A stretch of 64,000 nt of DNA from an uncultured Chloroflexia bacterium (GTDB taxonomy: Bacteria > Chloroflexota > Limnocylindria > Limnocylindrales > CSP1-4): assembly GCA_963736545.1 (NCBI GenBank), contig CAVTPA010000001.1, positions 3,372,734 through 3,436,733 on the forward strand, in the 5' to 3' direction. Below, piece after piece: positions 9,641 through 20,035 of this stretch. The first letter of the stretch is position 1, and the number at the start of each line of letters is the position of its first letter. The notes beneath the pieces were generated by a model that saw only the letters and a program-made list of their open reading frames with translations, was not told where the DNA came from and made no database searches. The position numbers and the translations under genes are program-made.

Positions 9641-10246
9641 ATGAACGCACGCCCATGTCTTCGCCGCTCGGCCGCCATCGGGCTGACCCTCGCGGCCATC
9701 GTCGCGCTCGGCGGGTGCGGCGGAGGATCGTCGCCCTCGTCGTCGTCGTCGTCGCCCCCGTCGCCCGACGGCATGGGCGCTCCGACGAGCGACCCGTCGC
9801 AGGTCGTGCGCGCCGAAGCGACGAGTGGTCCGTACCGGCTGGTCTTCGAGCTGGAGGACGACACGTTCGCGGTCGACGAGCCGATCGACGGCCTGGCCTG
9901 GCTCGAGGTCGCCGGGGAGCCCGCGGAGCTCTGGGCCTCGGGCTCGGGCCTCGTCCTGTTCGACCTCCGTGAGATCGGCGGGACGCGGGGCATGGGCGCC
10001 CACACCGACGATTGCGTTCGATACGACGTCGCCGGCCGGACCGAGCCGACTCCGATCAAGAAGGCGGTCGGCTACTCGATGGACGACCCGGACGCCGCCT
10101 GGTACATCGACTTCGCGAACGACCCGCTCCTGCGCCTTCCCGAGGGACGGTGGGAGCTCGCCGCCGCGGCGACCTTCTCGGTCGGGGAGTGCGGCGGGGA
10201 GTGGATCGAGCTGCGCGCCCCGATCATGATCACCATCGAGCCCTGA
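9641..10246 (+). CDS. Hypothetical lipoprotein
   Basis: Signal peptide with lipobox-like ALGGC, Ser/Pro linker, coding-like codon usage. Confidence 0.7.
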   Translation: MNARPCLRRSAAIGLTLAAIVALGGCGGGSSPSSSSSSPPSPDGMGAPTSDPSQVVRAEATSGPYRLVFELEDDTFAVDEPIDGLAWLEVAGEPAELWASGSGLVLFDLREIGGTRGMGAHTDDCVRYDVAGRTEPTPIKKAVGYSMDDPDAAWYIDFANDPLLRLPEGRWELAAAATFSVGECGGEWIELRAPIMITIEP

Positions 10247-10340
10247 CGCCGGTTCGAACGGCGCGCCACGGCTCGGTGTCGTTGCGCGAGCGCCCTGCCC
10301 GTCCGCCGGGTTGGGCCGGCCGCCGGCACGGGACCCGCCG

Positions 10341-11756
10341 TCAGTCGCGGCGGAGCGACGTCGAGGAGTAGCGGTTCCGGCTGGCCGCCTGGACGTGGGC
10401 CGACACCGTGATGCGCGTCGTCGGCATGTCGGCCGTCACGAGCATCGTCGCGCGGGCCCGCCCGTACGCGTCCGTGAGCCCCTTCATGCGGATCGTCTTC
10501 GTGCCGACCTTCCAGGTCCAGGTGACGAGCAGGCCGGCCATCGCGCGGCCCTTGCCATCGCGGGCGATCGACGTGACGAGTGCCGTCTCGCCCGGGGCCA
10601 CGGTTGCGTCCGCGACGACCGTCCGGAAGCCGGCGGTGCCGTCGGCCAGCGGGCGGGTGACCATGAACCACGTTGCTGCCGTTCGCGGCGACCCCGGCGT
10701 GCCGGCGGCGGTGACGACGACGTTCCGGCGGGTCATGAGCGGTCCGCCGTCCATCGGGGTGATGTACTTGGTGAAGCCGGTCGGATCGGTCCAGCGGTAC
10801 ACGGTCTCCGTGCTGCCGTCCGCGAGCGGCCACGTGACGGCGACCTCCAGGCCCTCGATCGGCCGGCCGCGGTCGTCGCTGGCCGTCACGAACACCGCCT
10901 GGTACGGCTCCCTCGACGCCACCCCGACGTACTTGATGCGCGCCGTCAGGTTGGCGACGTCGGGCGACTCGCCGACACCCTTGGAGACGGACCAGACGAT
11001 GTTGGCGAGATCCTGGGCGCCGCGTCGGAGGAGCCGGCCCGTGATGTCGCGCGACCGTGTCGTGAACCGCGACGGGCTCGCCTTCATCTCGGCGTGGAGG
11101 GCGGCGAACTTGGACCGGGAGTACGCGGCGGCCGCCGCGACCGTGGTGCGGATGTTGGCGATCTGGCTGACCGACCGGCTCGGGTTGTGCCAGGCGGGGC
11201 TATCGGATGCGCGGCGCGTGACCGGCGCGACGAGCCGTTCGTAGGCGCCGTGGAGGGTCGTCTTGTTGAGACCGGCGTAGGCCGAGTGATACGGCTGGAG
11301 GAGGTCGGTGAGGTAGTGGGACAGGAGTCCGATCTCGTGGCTGGCGCGGTCGAAGCCGGCGCGGGCGGCCGACTGGTCGCCGGCGAGCCGCGCCGCGGCA
11401 CCCTCGCGATAGTGGGCGAGCGCCGCCGAGTAGTGGTCGCTGGCGCGCTGGACGGCGCCGCCCCGGATGCCGACCTCGCGGTAGACGTGATCGGCCGGGA
11501 GGCCGAGGTGTCGGTAGACGTCGGGGTCGTCCGACGAGAGGCGGGCGATCGCGGGATCGAACCAGTCGTCAACACGCCCGTCGAGCACCCGCATCGCCTG
11601 GTCGATGAACCAGTCGTGCGTGCCGTACCCGTCGAAGCCGTGCGCCCACGCCTGCGCGGAGCCCGGGATCGCAGGCACGAGGACGGCGACGGCGAGCAGA
11701 GCGGCGGCGAAACGGCCGGCAGCGGCGCGGCCGGGGCGGTGGCGGGCGACGGACAT
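10341..11756 (-). CDS. Secreted zinc-dependent phospholipase C / S1-P1 nuclease-like protein with C-terminal Ig-like domains
   Basis: Signal peptide ending AQA, then W-AHGFDGYGTH. HYLTDLLQPYH and HGAYE zinc ligands. Beta-rich C-terminal repeats (D..GRPI.G, TD..G). Confidence 0.75.
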   Translation of the reverse strand: MSVARHRPGRAAAGRFAAALLAVAVLVPAIPGSAQAWAHGFDGYGTHDWFIDQAMRVLDGRVDDWFDPAIARLSSDDPDVYRHLGLPADHVYREVGIRGGAVQRASDHYSAALAHYREGAAARLAGDQSAARAGFDRASHEIGLLSHYLTDLLQPYHSAYAGLNKTTLHGAYERLVAPVTRRASDSPAWHNPSRSVSQIANIRTTVAAAAAYSRSKFAALHAEMKASPSRFTTRSRDITGRLLRRGAQDLANIVWSVSKGVGESPDVANLTARIKYVGVASREPYQAVFVTASDDRGRPIEGLEVAVTWPLADGSTETVYRWTDPTGFTKYITPMDGGPLMTRRNVVVTAAGTPGSPRTAATWFMVTRPLADGTAGFRTVVADATVAPGETALVTSIARDGKGRAMAGLLVTWTWKVGTKTIRMKGLTDAYGRARATMLVTADMPTTRITVSAHVQAASRNRYSSTSLRRD

Positions 11757-11933
11757 GCGGCCTCCGGGCGGCAGCGGCGAGCGAGCGTCGCCGACGGTCG
11801 GACCCGAGCCTAGCCGACGGGCGCCGCTGCCGGATATCCGCGCATCGGGCCAGCGGGGGCTGGTACCTTCGCCCCGGCACCGTGGTGCCGGGAGGCCACG
11901 CTCCGGCCGTGGCCGCGCTAGGGAGCTGCAGCG

Positions 11934-12899
11934 ATGTCGCGCTTCAACGGGTCCGCCCCTTCGCCGTTCGACGCCATCAACGGGTCGCGGCTTGCCGGCT
12001 CGTCGGGGAGCCACCCGCTGCATCACGTGGCCGTCGAGGAGCTCGTGCGGCCGACGAGCGGCAAGGTGCACGGTGAGATCCTCGTCGACCGGCCGGCAAT
12101 GGTCGGCGAAGGGATCACCGGGACCGTGCGCCTGCAGGCGGTGGAGCGCGTCGACGCCCGGAGCGCCGCCCTGCGGCTCGTCGGGCTGCGGCTCGACGAG
12201 GTGCAGCGATCGGAGTCGGACACGGACTCCGAGGGCAACACGACGAGCACCGAGAGCTGGGTCGAGACGTCCGGCAAGCTGTTCGTCCAGGACGCGTTCA
12301 TCGAGCCCGCCGTGCCGGCCGCCCTCGCCCCCGGCGAGGCGTGGGAGGCCCGCTTCGCCGTCCCGGCGCCCCGACTCGGACCGCCGACCGCCCACCTGGG
12401 CGAGTCGATCATCGCCTGGGCCCTTGAGGTGCGCTGGGACGTGCCCCACGGCAGCGACCACTTCGTCGCCGCCAACCTGCCGCTGGCGCAGCACCCCGAC
12501 CTCATCCGGGCCGGGGTGGGCAAGCAGGGCGGGATGAGCGTCATGGCCGGCGTTCCGGTCGGCGACGCGATGATCGGCGTCGTCTCGGCGCTGCCGGCCC
12601 CGGCCGGCTCCGAGATGGTCGTCGGCGTCCGTTGGCCGTCCGCGCCCGGTGGCACGAATGGCCGGGTCGAGATCCAGCGCAAGACGAACGCCCCCAACGG
12701 GACGAAGGGCGTCGTGGCCTCGGTGGAGGTCGACCCGTCGGCCTTCAAGGGCGGGGTGGAGGTTCGGCTGACCGTTCCGGCCGGGTCCGCCCCCTCGTTC
12801 GACGGGGCCGGCCTCGAGATCAACTACATCATCCGGGCGCTCGTCGATCGCCGCTTCCGATCGGACGTCGCGATCGAACGCCCGGTCGCCATCGTCTGA
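11934..12899 (+). CDS. Hypothetical protein with arrestin-like/SpoOM-like beta-sandwich domains
   Basis: Two beta-rich modules ending PPTAHLGESIIAWALEVRWD and APSFDGAGLEINYIIRALVD. Confidence 0.6.
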   Translation: MSRFNGSAPSPFDAINGSRLAGSSGSHPLHHVAVEELVRPTSGKVHGEILVDRPAMVGEGITGTVRLQAVERVDARSAALRLVGLRLDEVQRSESDTDSEGNTTSTESWVETSGKLFVQDAFIEPAVPAALAPGEAWEARFAVPAPRLGPPTAHLGESIIAWALEVRWDVPHGSDHFVAANLPLAQHPDLIRAGVGKQGGMSVMAGVPVGDAMIGVVSALPAPAGSEMVVGVRWPSAPGGTNGRVEIQRKTNAPNGTKGVVASVEVDPSAFKGGVEVRLTVPAGSAPSFDGAGLEINYIIRALVDRRFRSDVAIERPVAIV

Positions 12900-12966
12900 G
12901 CGCGTCACCCGCGTTCAACCGGGCGAGCCCGCCGCGACGCCGGACCGCCCAACCGGAGGAGACACG

Positions 12967-13272
12967 ATGCAGGTGCTTGCACTCGGCCGAAACACGGGAT
13001 CGGACGACGATCCCCGCTGGCCGGAGATCCGGGTCCCGGAGGCGCGGCGCGCCTGGGAGCTCTACGAGGCCGGAGTCCTGCGGCAGATCTGGTTCCGCGC
13101 CGACCGGGCGAACGGCGTCCTGCTGCTCGAGGTGGCGGATCTCGCGGACGCGCGCGTGGTCGTCGACAGCCTGCCGCTCGTGGCGGCCGGCCTGATCGAC
13201 TTCGACCTCGTGCCCCTGCGGCCGTACCCGGGGTACGCGCGGCTGTTCGCGGAGCCCTCGGCCGGGGTCTGA
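12967..13272 (+). CDS. Muconolactone delta-isomerase-like small protein
   Basis: EARRAWELYEAGVLRQIW...SLPLVAAGLIDFDLVPL, GGAGGA RBS. Confidence 0.7.
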   Translation: MQVLALGRNTGSDDDPRWPEIRVPEARRAWELYEAGVLRQIWFRADRANGVLLLEVADLADARVVVDSLPLVAAGLIDFDLVPLRPYPGYARLFAEPSAGV

Positions 13273-13304
13273 CCGCGCGGCGGGCGAGGGACTGGTCTGC
13301 GCCC

Positions 13305-13856
13305 TTACCCGCCGATCGCCGACCCGAGGTTGCGGAGGAAGTTGAGGCCCTCGTCCACGTCGGCGGACGGAGCGTACGGGCCCGGCATGAGGAAGCACGG
13401 ACGGGCGGCGAGCGCGAGGCCCTCGACCTGGCCCCACGGCTCGGGGACGGGGCGGCCTGCGCACGCCTCCGCGGCTCGCTTGTAGACGAAGACGACGGCC
13501 GCCGGCCGCCAGACGGCGACCTTCTGCCACAGCGGGCCCACGCCGACCCGCAGGGTCGCGTCGTCGGCGTCGTCGCGCGGTGTCGGCAGCTTCAGGAGGT
13601 CGGTGATGCCGTGGCCGGCCGCAACGAGCGCGTCGTCGGCCGTCTCGGGCGGCGTGCCGGCCGGGAGGATCGTGGCGGTGACGAGGCGCTGCCAGAAGCG
13701 GCGCCCGAGCCGCCCCTGGTGGTAGTGCCCGGCCACCACGCTCACCGGCGACGGGTTGAGGCCGACGAAGAGGAGGCGGCCCGGCTCGGGCGGCAGGTCG
13801 GCCAGGGTCTCCACGGGGAGGCCGTCGAGGATGAGCGTCGCGCGGTGGTCGGGCAT
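13305..13856 (-). CDS. mug: Mismatch-specific uracil-DNA glycosylase (family 2)
   Basis: LADL...LLFVGLNPSPVS...GHY...RFW...GITDL. Confidence 0.82.
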   Translation of the reverse strand: MPDHRATLILDGLPVETLADLPPEPGRLLFVGLNPSPVSVVAGHYHQGRLGRRFWQRLVTATILPAGTPPETADDALVAAGHGITDLLKLPTPRDDADDATLRVGVGPLWQKVAVWRPAAVVFVYKRAAEACAGRPVPEPWGQVEGLALAARPCFLMPGPYAPSADVDEGLNFLRNLGSAIGG

Positions 13857-13922
13857 GGCGGAAGGGTAGGGGAGGCGCGGGAGACGCGCCCCGGCTTCGA
13901 CGGACGGCCCGGGCCGGCGTGG

Positions 13923-14756
13923 TCAGGCGGGCGAGGACGGTGGGGCGTCGGCGTGCCAGGCCGGGTCGGCGTAGCGGTCGGCGAGGAGGCGCTCGGCGGC
14001 GGCGAGCTCGCCGGGCGACCAGCTCGACGGCGCGATGCCGTCGCCGTCGAGGCCGAAGGCGGCGAGGATGGCCAGGTCGACGGCGTCGGGTGCCGGGGTG
14101 GGCCGATCGTCGGCGGCGAGCTCGCGGGCGATCGACGTCACCGTCGCTCGGCGGCTCTTCGTCCGTTCCCAGCGCGGGTCGCCCGGCGCGCCCGGGCCGG
14201 CGCAGGCGCGGGCGAGGGCGGCGAGGTCCGCGTCGACGAGAAGCGTGGCGTGGACGAGGAGCGCACGGCCGCCGAGCCACGCGGCGACGCCCGAGAGCTT
14301 TGCCGCCGTGCCGTCCGGCCGGTCGACCACGACGTCGCGCTCGGTCGAGCGGGCAGCGGCCACGCCGAGCGCACGGGCGGCGGCCGCAAGCGGCGCGAGG
14401 ACGAGGCGATACAGGCCCGGCAGCCGGCGGAGCTCGGGGTCGGCCCGGAAGAGCGCGTCCTCCGGTCGGAGGATCACCGACACGTTGAGGTTGCCGGGGT
14501 CGTGCCAGACGGTGCCTCCGCCGGTGAAGCGACGCAGGACGGGAGCGCCGAGGGCGGCCGCCGAGGCCAGGTCCACTTCCGCAGCGCCCAGCTGGAAGCG
14601 CCCCACGACGACGGCCGGGTCGTTGCGCCACAGCCGCAGGATCGGGGCCGGGGCAGCCGGGTCGGCGGCAACGTGCCGTGCGACCGCTTCCTCGCGGGCG
14701 AGGTTCGTCCGCGGATCGCGCTCGCCGTCGTCGGGAAGGAGCCGCCACGAAGTCAC
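13923..14756 (-). CDS. Lipoate-protein ligase A family protein (catalytic domain only)
   Basis: NLAREE, LRLWRN, RRFTGGGTVWHDPGNLN, KLSG, HATLL. Confidence 0.85.
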   Translation of the reverse strand: MTSWRLLPDDGERDPRTNLAREEAVARHVAADPAAPAPILRLWRNDPAVVVGRFQLGAAEVDLASAAALGAPVLRRFTGGGTVWHDPGNLNVSVILRPEDALFRADPELRRLPGLYRLVLAPLAAAARALGVAAARSTERDVVVDRPDGTAAKLSGVAAWLGGRALLVHATLLVDADLAALARACAGPGAPGDPRWERTKSRRATVTSIARELAADDRPTPAPDAVDLAILAAFGLDGDGIAPSSWSPGELAAAERLLADRYADPAWHADAPPSSPA

Positions 14757-14954
14757 GAGCCAAGCGTACCGCGCCCACTGCGGGCGCCCCGTCGCCGCGC
14801 CATCTGCGGGAACAGGGGCTATGCACCGCCGGGCGTCGCGCCTACGATCGTCCATGCGGCGGGAGGCGCTGACGCGCGGTCCATGACCCCGGCCGCCTGG
14901 ATCGCGCCGAGCCACTGGCGAGACCGACCCGTTGCGCCCGATCGGAGGGTACCG

Positions 14955-15506
14955 ATGCGCAGGTTCGGTGTCGTGGCGCTCGTCACACTCATGTTGCTGG
15001 CCACCGCGGCCGTCGCCGCTGCCGGCAACGGCAAGGCCGTGCCCGGCTGGAACGGCAACGCCGACAAGTACACGGCCGAGTCCGTGGCGAACCCCTTCGA
15101 CGCATCGCAGGTGTCGGACACGCTCGTCCGCGAGCGCACGCCCGAGGCCGTGCTGGCCCAGCATCTCGATGCCCTCAACGGGTGCGACTGGGTCGGCCTG
15201 ATGCAGCAGTACCCCGACAGCTACGAGCTGCGCCTCCCGGGCGGCACCGTCGTCAAGGGCCGGACCGAGGCGGCGGCGACGTTCGGCGGGTTCGTCGAGC
15301 CGGTCTCGGCCGGCGGGCTCTGCGGCATCACCTTCTCGGAGATCTCCCACCAGACGACCGGCGGCACCATCGCGGTGACCTGGAAGGCCGACGCGCCGTT
15401 CCTCGCGGAGCCGTACTACGGGGCCGACGCCTACATCACCGACGACGGGCTCATGGTCTCGATGGTCAGCACCTTCGACGGCACGCAGCTGAAGTTCAAG
15501 CCCTGA
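14955..15506 (+). CDS. Secreted SnoaL/NTF2-like protein
   Basis: Signal peptide, RTPEAVLAQHLDALN..DW..L..QY, G.DAY. GGAGG RBS. Confidence 0.65.
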   Translation: MRRFGVVALVTLMLLATAAVAAAGNGKAVPGWNGNADKYTAESVANPFDASQVSDTLVRERTPEAVLAQHLDALNGCDWVGLMQQYPDSYELRLPGGTVVKGRTEAAATFGGFVEPVSAGGLCGITFSEISHQTTGGTIAVTWKADAPFLAEPYYGADAYITDDGLMVSMVSTFDGTQLKFKP

Positions 15507-15543
15507 CGCTTCGGCGATCCGGGCGGCTCCGCCGCCCGGATCG

Positions 15544-16925
15544 CTAACCCAGCGGCGCGAAGCGCGCCGTGAAGTGGCGCAGCGCGGCCGGCTCGTCGAC
15601 GATCCGGTAGCCGCGAAGGTCGGCCGCGCGCTCGGCGACCCAGCGGACGACCTCGATGACGTAGTCGACGTGGCTCTGGGTGTACGTGCGGCGCGGGATC
15701 GCGAGGCGGACGAGGTCCATCGCCGCCGGCGTCTCGCTCCCGTCGGGGTGCCGCCCGAACATGACGGTCCCGATCTCGCAGCCGCGGATGCCGCCCTCGA
15801 CGTAGAGGGCCACCGCGAGCGCCTGGCCCGGGTACTCGAGCGGGGGCATGTGGGGGAGCAGCGTCCGGGCGTCGAGGTAGACCGCGTGGCCGCCGATCGG
15901 CCGGACGACGGGCACGCCCGACGCCGCGAGGGCGTCGCCGAGGTACGCGGTCGACCGGATCCGGTAGCGCAGGTAGTCCTCCTCGACGACCTCGCGCAGC
16001 CCCTGGGCGATCGCCTCGAGGTCGCGGCCGGCGAGGCCGCCGTAGGTCGGGAAGCCCTCCGTGAGGATGAGGAGGTTGCGGCACTGCTCGGCGAGGCGGT
16101 CGTCGTTCAGCGCCAGCCAGCCACCGATGTTGGCGAGGCCGTCCTTCTTCGCGCTCATGGTCATGCCGTCGGCGAGCGACGCGATCTCGCGGACGATCTC
16201 GACGACGCTCCGACCCGCCTGGCCGGGCTCGCGCGTCTTGATGAACCAGGCGTTCTCGGCGAAGCGGCAGGCGTCGAGGAACAGCGGGATGCCGTGCCGG
16301 TCGCAGACGGCCCGCACGCCGCGGAGGTTCTCGAGGCTGACGGGCTGGCCGCCGCCCGAGTTGTTCGTGATCGTGACGAAGACGACGGGCACGTTCGCGG
16401 GGCCGAGCTCGGCGAGCAGCGTGTCGAGGCGGCCGAGGTCCATGTTCCCCTTGAAGGGGTGCTCGACCTCGGGGTGGCGGCCCTCCTCGATGACGAGGTC
16501 GACGGCCGCGGCGCCCGTGTGCTCGACGTTCGCCCGCGTCGTGTCGAAGTGGGTGTTGTTGGGGATCGTCTTCCCCGGTCCCGCCGATGCACGGAGAAGA
16601 GGATCTTCTCGGCCGCCCGGCCCTGGTGCGTCGGGATGACGTGCCGGAACGGGAAGAGGTCGTGCACTGCGTCGAGGAAGGCGTACCAGGACGGGCTGCC
16701 GGCGTAGCTCTCGTCGCCGTGCTGGACGGCCGCCCACTGGTCACGGCTCATCGCGCCGGTCCCGGAGTCGGTCAGGAGGTCGACGAGGACGTCGGCGGCG
16801 TGGAGGTTGAAGAGGTTGTAGCCGGCCTCCTCGATGGCGAGCAGGCGCTGCTCGCGGGTGCTGATCCGGATCGGCTCGACCGAGTGGATCCGGAAGGGCT
16901 CGATGATCGTCGTCCAGCGCTCCAT
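15544..16925 (-). CDS. tnaA: Tryptophanase, frameshift near 16590
   Basis: [38 protein letters not shown] (PLP lysine). RGCEIG and RHFTARF are tryptophanase-type rather than tyrosine phenol-lyase-type (RSMERG/RFFTARF). Confidence 0.9.
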
Positions 16926-17092
16926 GGCCGAGCAGGATACGCCGGGCCGGGTCGCCGGTGGCGCCCCGCGGGCGGCCCCGGCCGCGCGTGAAGGGGCCGC
17001 GTCGGCCGCTCGGCGGGGGCCGCGTCGGGCGCTGAGCCCCGGACGCCGGAGCTGGTGCGCAACCGGAGCGCCGCTCCGCGCGTCCAGCGGGC

Positions 17093-18370
17093 ATGAAGAC
17101 CAAGCTCGCCGCCCTGCTGTCGCTCGCCCTGGTTCTCTCTGCGTGCTCGCCGGCGGGCTCGACCGGCGACGACGTCGCCCTGGCCCGCGCCGACGTCCCA
17201 CGTGCGTCGACCTCCCCGGAGGACGCCGCCGCCGCCGGCGCGGCGATCGCCGGCCTCGGTCTCGACCTGTACCGGGCGATCGCGGCCGACGGCGAGGCCA
17301 ACGTCGTCCTCTCGCCGACGAGCATCGCGCTGGCGCTCGCGATGGCCCGCGCCGGGGCCCGCGGCGAGACCGCCGCCGAGATGGACGCCGTGATGCGGGA
17401 CCTGGGAGCGGACGGCAACGAAGCGTGGCTCAACGCGCTCGACGCGGCCCTTGCCACGCGGAGCGGGACGTACAAGGACGACTCCGGACAGGACCTCGCC
17501 GTTGCCCTGCGGATCGCGAACGCTCCCTTCGCCCAGGCGGGGATGCCGCTCGAGGAGGCCTACCTGGAGGCGCTGGCCTCACGCTGGGGGGCCGGTCTTC
17601 GCCTGGTCGACTACAAGCGCGACGCCGAGGCGGCGCGGCAGGCGATCAACGCCTGGGTCGACGACCAGACCGAGCAGCGGATCCCGGAGCTCCTCGTGCC
17701 CGGCGTCCTCACGCCGGACTCGCGCCTGGCGTTGGTCAACGCGATCTACCTGAAGGCCCCGTGGCAGACGGCGTTCTCGGCCGAGGCCACGGCGCCCGCC
17801 GCGTTCACCCGGGCCGACGGGTCAACCGTCGACGTGCCGATGATGCAGGTGGGCGAGGCCATGCCCTACGCGGCCGGGACCGGCTGGCGGGCGGTCGAGA
17901 TCCCGTACGTCGGCGGTTCGCTGGCGATGACCGTGATCGTGCCGGACGATCTCGCGGCCTTCGAGGCGGCGCTCACGGCCGACGAGCTGACGTCGATCAC
18001 GGGAGCCCTCGCCGACGCTCCGGTGGCGCTCACCCTCCCGACGTTCTCGATCGAGACGAAGGCCCAGCTGGGCGACGTCCTGGCAGCCCTCGGGATGCCG
18101 ACGGCGTTCTCCGATGCCGCCGACTTCTCGGGCATCACGACGGCGGAGCAGCTGGTGATCGACGAGGTGATCCACCAGGCGAACATCGACGTCGACGAGA
18201 AGGGCACCGAGGCGGCGGCCGCCACGGCCGTCGTGATGCGGGCCGGCAGCGCGCCTGCGGAGCCCGTCACGCTGCGGGTCGACCGGCCGTTCCTCTTCGC
18301 GCTGCGGGACGTGCCGACCGGCGCGATCCTGTTCCTGGGGCGGGTGGGCGACCCTTCCGTCACCCGGTAG
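17093..18370 (+). CDS. Serpin-family lipoprotein
   Basis: Lipobox [29 protein letters not shown], hinge [22 protein letters not shown]. Confidence 0.93.
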   Translation: MKTKLAALLSLALVLSACSPAGSTGDDVALARADVPRASTSPEDAAAAGAAIAGLGLDLYRAIAADGEANVVLSPTSIALALAMARAGARGETAAEMDAVMRDLGADGNEAWLNALDAALATRSGTYKDDSGQDLAVALRIANAPFAQAGMPLEEAYLEALASRWGAGLRLVDYKRDAEAARQAINAWVDDQTEQRIPELLVPGVLTPDSRLALVNAIYLKAPWQTAFSAEATAPAAFTRADGSTVDVPMMQVGEAMPYAAGTGWRAVEIPYVGGSLAMTVIVPDDLAAFEAALTADELTSITGALADAPVALTLPTFSIETKAQLGDVLAALGMPTAFSDAADFSGITTAEQLVIDEVIHQANIDVDEKGTEAAAATAVVMRAGSAPAEPVTLRVDRPFLFALRDVPTGAILFLGRVGDPSVTR

Positions 18371-18429
18371 GCGTCGCCCGGGCGCGCTGACCTCACCGCG
18401 CGTGCCGGCCGGGTCGGCGGGCGAATCGA

Positions 18430-18457
18430 AAGGCCGGGACCCTGCGGTCCCGGCCTT
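18430..18457. terminator. Stem-loop between convergent genes
   Basis: aaggccgggacc-ctgc-ggtcccggcctt, 12-bp perfect stem. Confidence 0.7.
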
Positions 18458-18477
18458 CGTGGCGAGCGACCCGAGGG

Positions 18478-18951
18478 TCAGCTGCCGATGATCTGGGCCT
18501 TGAGCTTCTCGTACTCGGGGACGCTGATCGTCCCGGCGTCGCGGAGCTGGGCCAGCTTCGCCAGCTCGTCCGCGGTCGAGACGCCACCGGCCGCCTGGGA
18601 CGCGGCCTCGGCCTGGGCCATCATCCGCACGTCCTGGGGGGTCGCCTTCGGGCGGGCGATGATGTAGATCAGGGCGCCGAGGAACGGCAGCACGAACAGC
18701 GCCAGGATCCAGACCGCCTTCATGCCGCCGGAGAGGTCATCCCGGCGGAAGATGTCGGCGAACAGCGAGATGAAGATCCAGATCGCCATGAACCAGAAGA
18801 AGAAGAAGACCATGCTCCACAGCAGGTCCCAGAACCCGAACGACGTGTCGTCGAGGGCGCCGCAACCCGTCAGCAGGATGGTCGCCGCCGCGACGAGCAG
18901 CGCGAGACCGCGCCACCGGGCGGAGCCGAGATCCTTGATTGCCTGAACCAT
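18478..18951 (-). CDS. PLD_N/SHOCT domain membrane protein
   Basis: DIFRRDDLSGGMKAVWIL..PFLGALIY, C-terminal SHOCT ADELAKLAQLRDAGTISVPEYEKLK. Confidence 0.85.
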   Translation of the reverse strand: MVQAIKDLGSARWRGLALLVAAATILLTGCGALDDTSFGFWDLLWSMVFFFFWFMAIWIFISLFADIFRRDDLSGGMKAVWILALFVLPFLGALIYIIARPKATPQDVRMMAQAEAASQAAGGVSTADELAKLAQLRDAGTISVPEYEKLKAQIIGS

Positions 18952-19180
18952 GTAGTCCTCCAATTGAACGGCCTGTAACGCGAACGGGCTTGGCCGCTCG
19001 CCTCCCGGCGGCATTCTGCACTATCGCGATGGCCCCGCGTATCCCACCGACGGGGTGATGGACCGCGGCGAGCCACACGGGGTGCCGCTGCGCGGCCGCG
19101 AGCCCACGGCCCGAGGCTACAGTAGCGGCCGACGCCGTCCCGACGGCGCCGATCAAGTGGGCGGGAGCAGGGAGGCTGGC

Positions 19181-20035
19181 ATGGCGACGAACCGCGGCGG
19201 CGAGCTGAAGAGCGTGAGCTACGAGCTGTTCATGCTCCTCGTCTCGCTCCTGTCGATCGTGAACGCGATCGTCGTCGTCACCGGTGTCGTTCGCGGCCCG
19301 GGCGGCGACGTCGTCGTGCTGATGGAGGCGGCCCTCACCCCGATCCTCGCCTTCGACTTCCTCTACCGCCTCCTCACCGCCCCGTCGCGGCAGCGGTACT
19401 TCTTCCGGCTGTGGGGCTGGGCCGACCTCGTGGCCGCGATCCCGGGCCTCGGGATGTTCCGGGTCTTCCGGATGGTCCGTGTCATCCGCCTCATCCGTCT
19501 CCACGGACGCGAGCAGGTGGCGGAGGAGCTCCTCGGCCAACGGGCGATGGCTACGTTCCTCTTCACGATCTGGCTCGTGTTCGTCGTCGTCGAGGCCGCC
19601 GGGGCCTCGGTCTTCGTCGCGGAGTCGACGAACCCCGCCGCCAACATCACGACGGCCGGCGACGCCATCTGGTGGGGCCTCGTCACGATCACGACCGTCG
19701 GCTACGGCGACCAGTTCCCCACGACGGGCCTCGGCCGGATCATCGGCGTCTTCCTGCTCGTGGCCGGCATCGGGCTCTTCAGCGTCCTGACCGCCTTCAT
19801 CGCCAACGTGTTCCTGGCGCCCCGCCGCAAGCTGGCGCTCGTGCGGGCCGCAGCCGGACCGGGCGACCCCGCGGTCGCGATCGACGAAGTCCGCCGCCTC
19901 CTGGCCGAGCAGGAGGACCGAACGGCGGACATCCGGTCGCGGCTCGACGACCTCGAGCGGGCGATCGTCAGCCGAGGAGCGCCCGCGCCACCACCAGGCG
20001 CTGGATCTGCTGCGTCCCTTCGTAGATCTGGGTGA
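19181..20035 (+). CDS. Potassium channel / ion transport protein (Kv-like 6TM)
   Basis: S4-like FRVFRMVRVIRLIR, selectivity filter TTVGYGD. Confidence 0.9.
   Translation: MATNRGGELKSVSYELFMLLVSLLSIVNAIVVVTGVVRGPGGDVVVLMEAALTPILAFDFLYRLLTAPSRQRYFFRLWGWADLVAAIPGLGMFRVFRMVRVIRLIRLHGREQVAEELLGQRAMATFLFTIWLVFVVVEAAGASVFVAESTNPAANITTAGDAIWWGLVTITTVGYGDQFPTTGLGRIIGVFLLVAGIGLFSVLTAFIANVFLAPRRKLALVRAAAGPGDPAVAIDEVRRLLAEQEDRTADIRSRLDDLERAIVSRGAPAPPPGAGSAASLRRSG

Noticed and set aside
15544-16925. Tyrosine phenol-lyase call, or programmed frameshift in tnaA
   Set aside because: Residues are tryptophanase-type. No slippery site is evident, and similar indels occur in unrelated genes.
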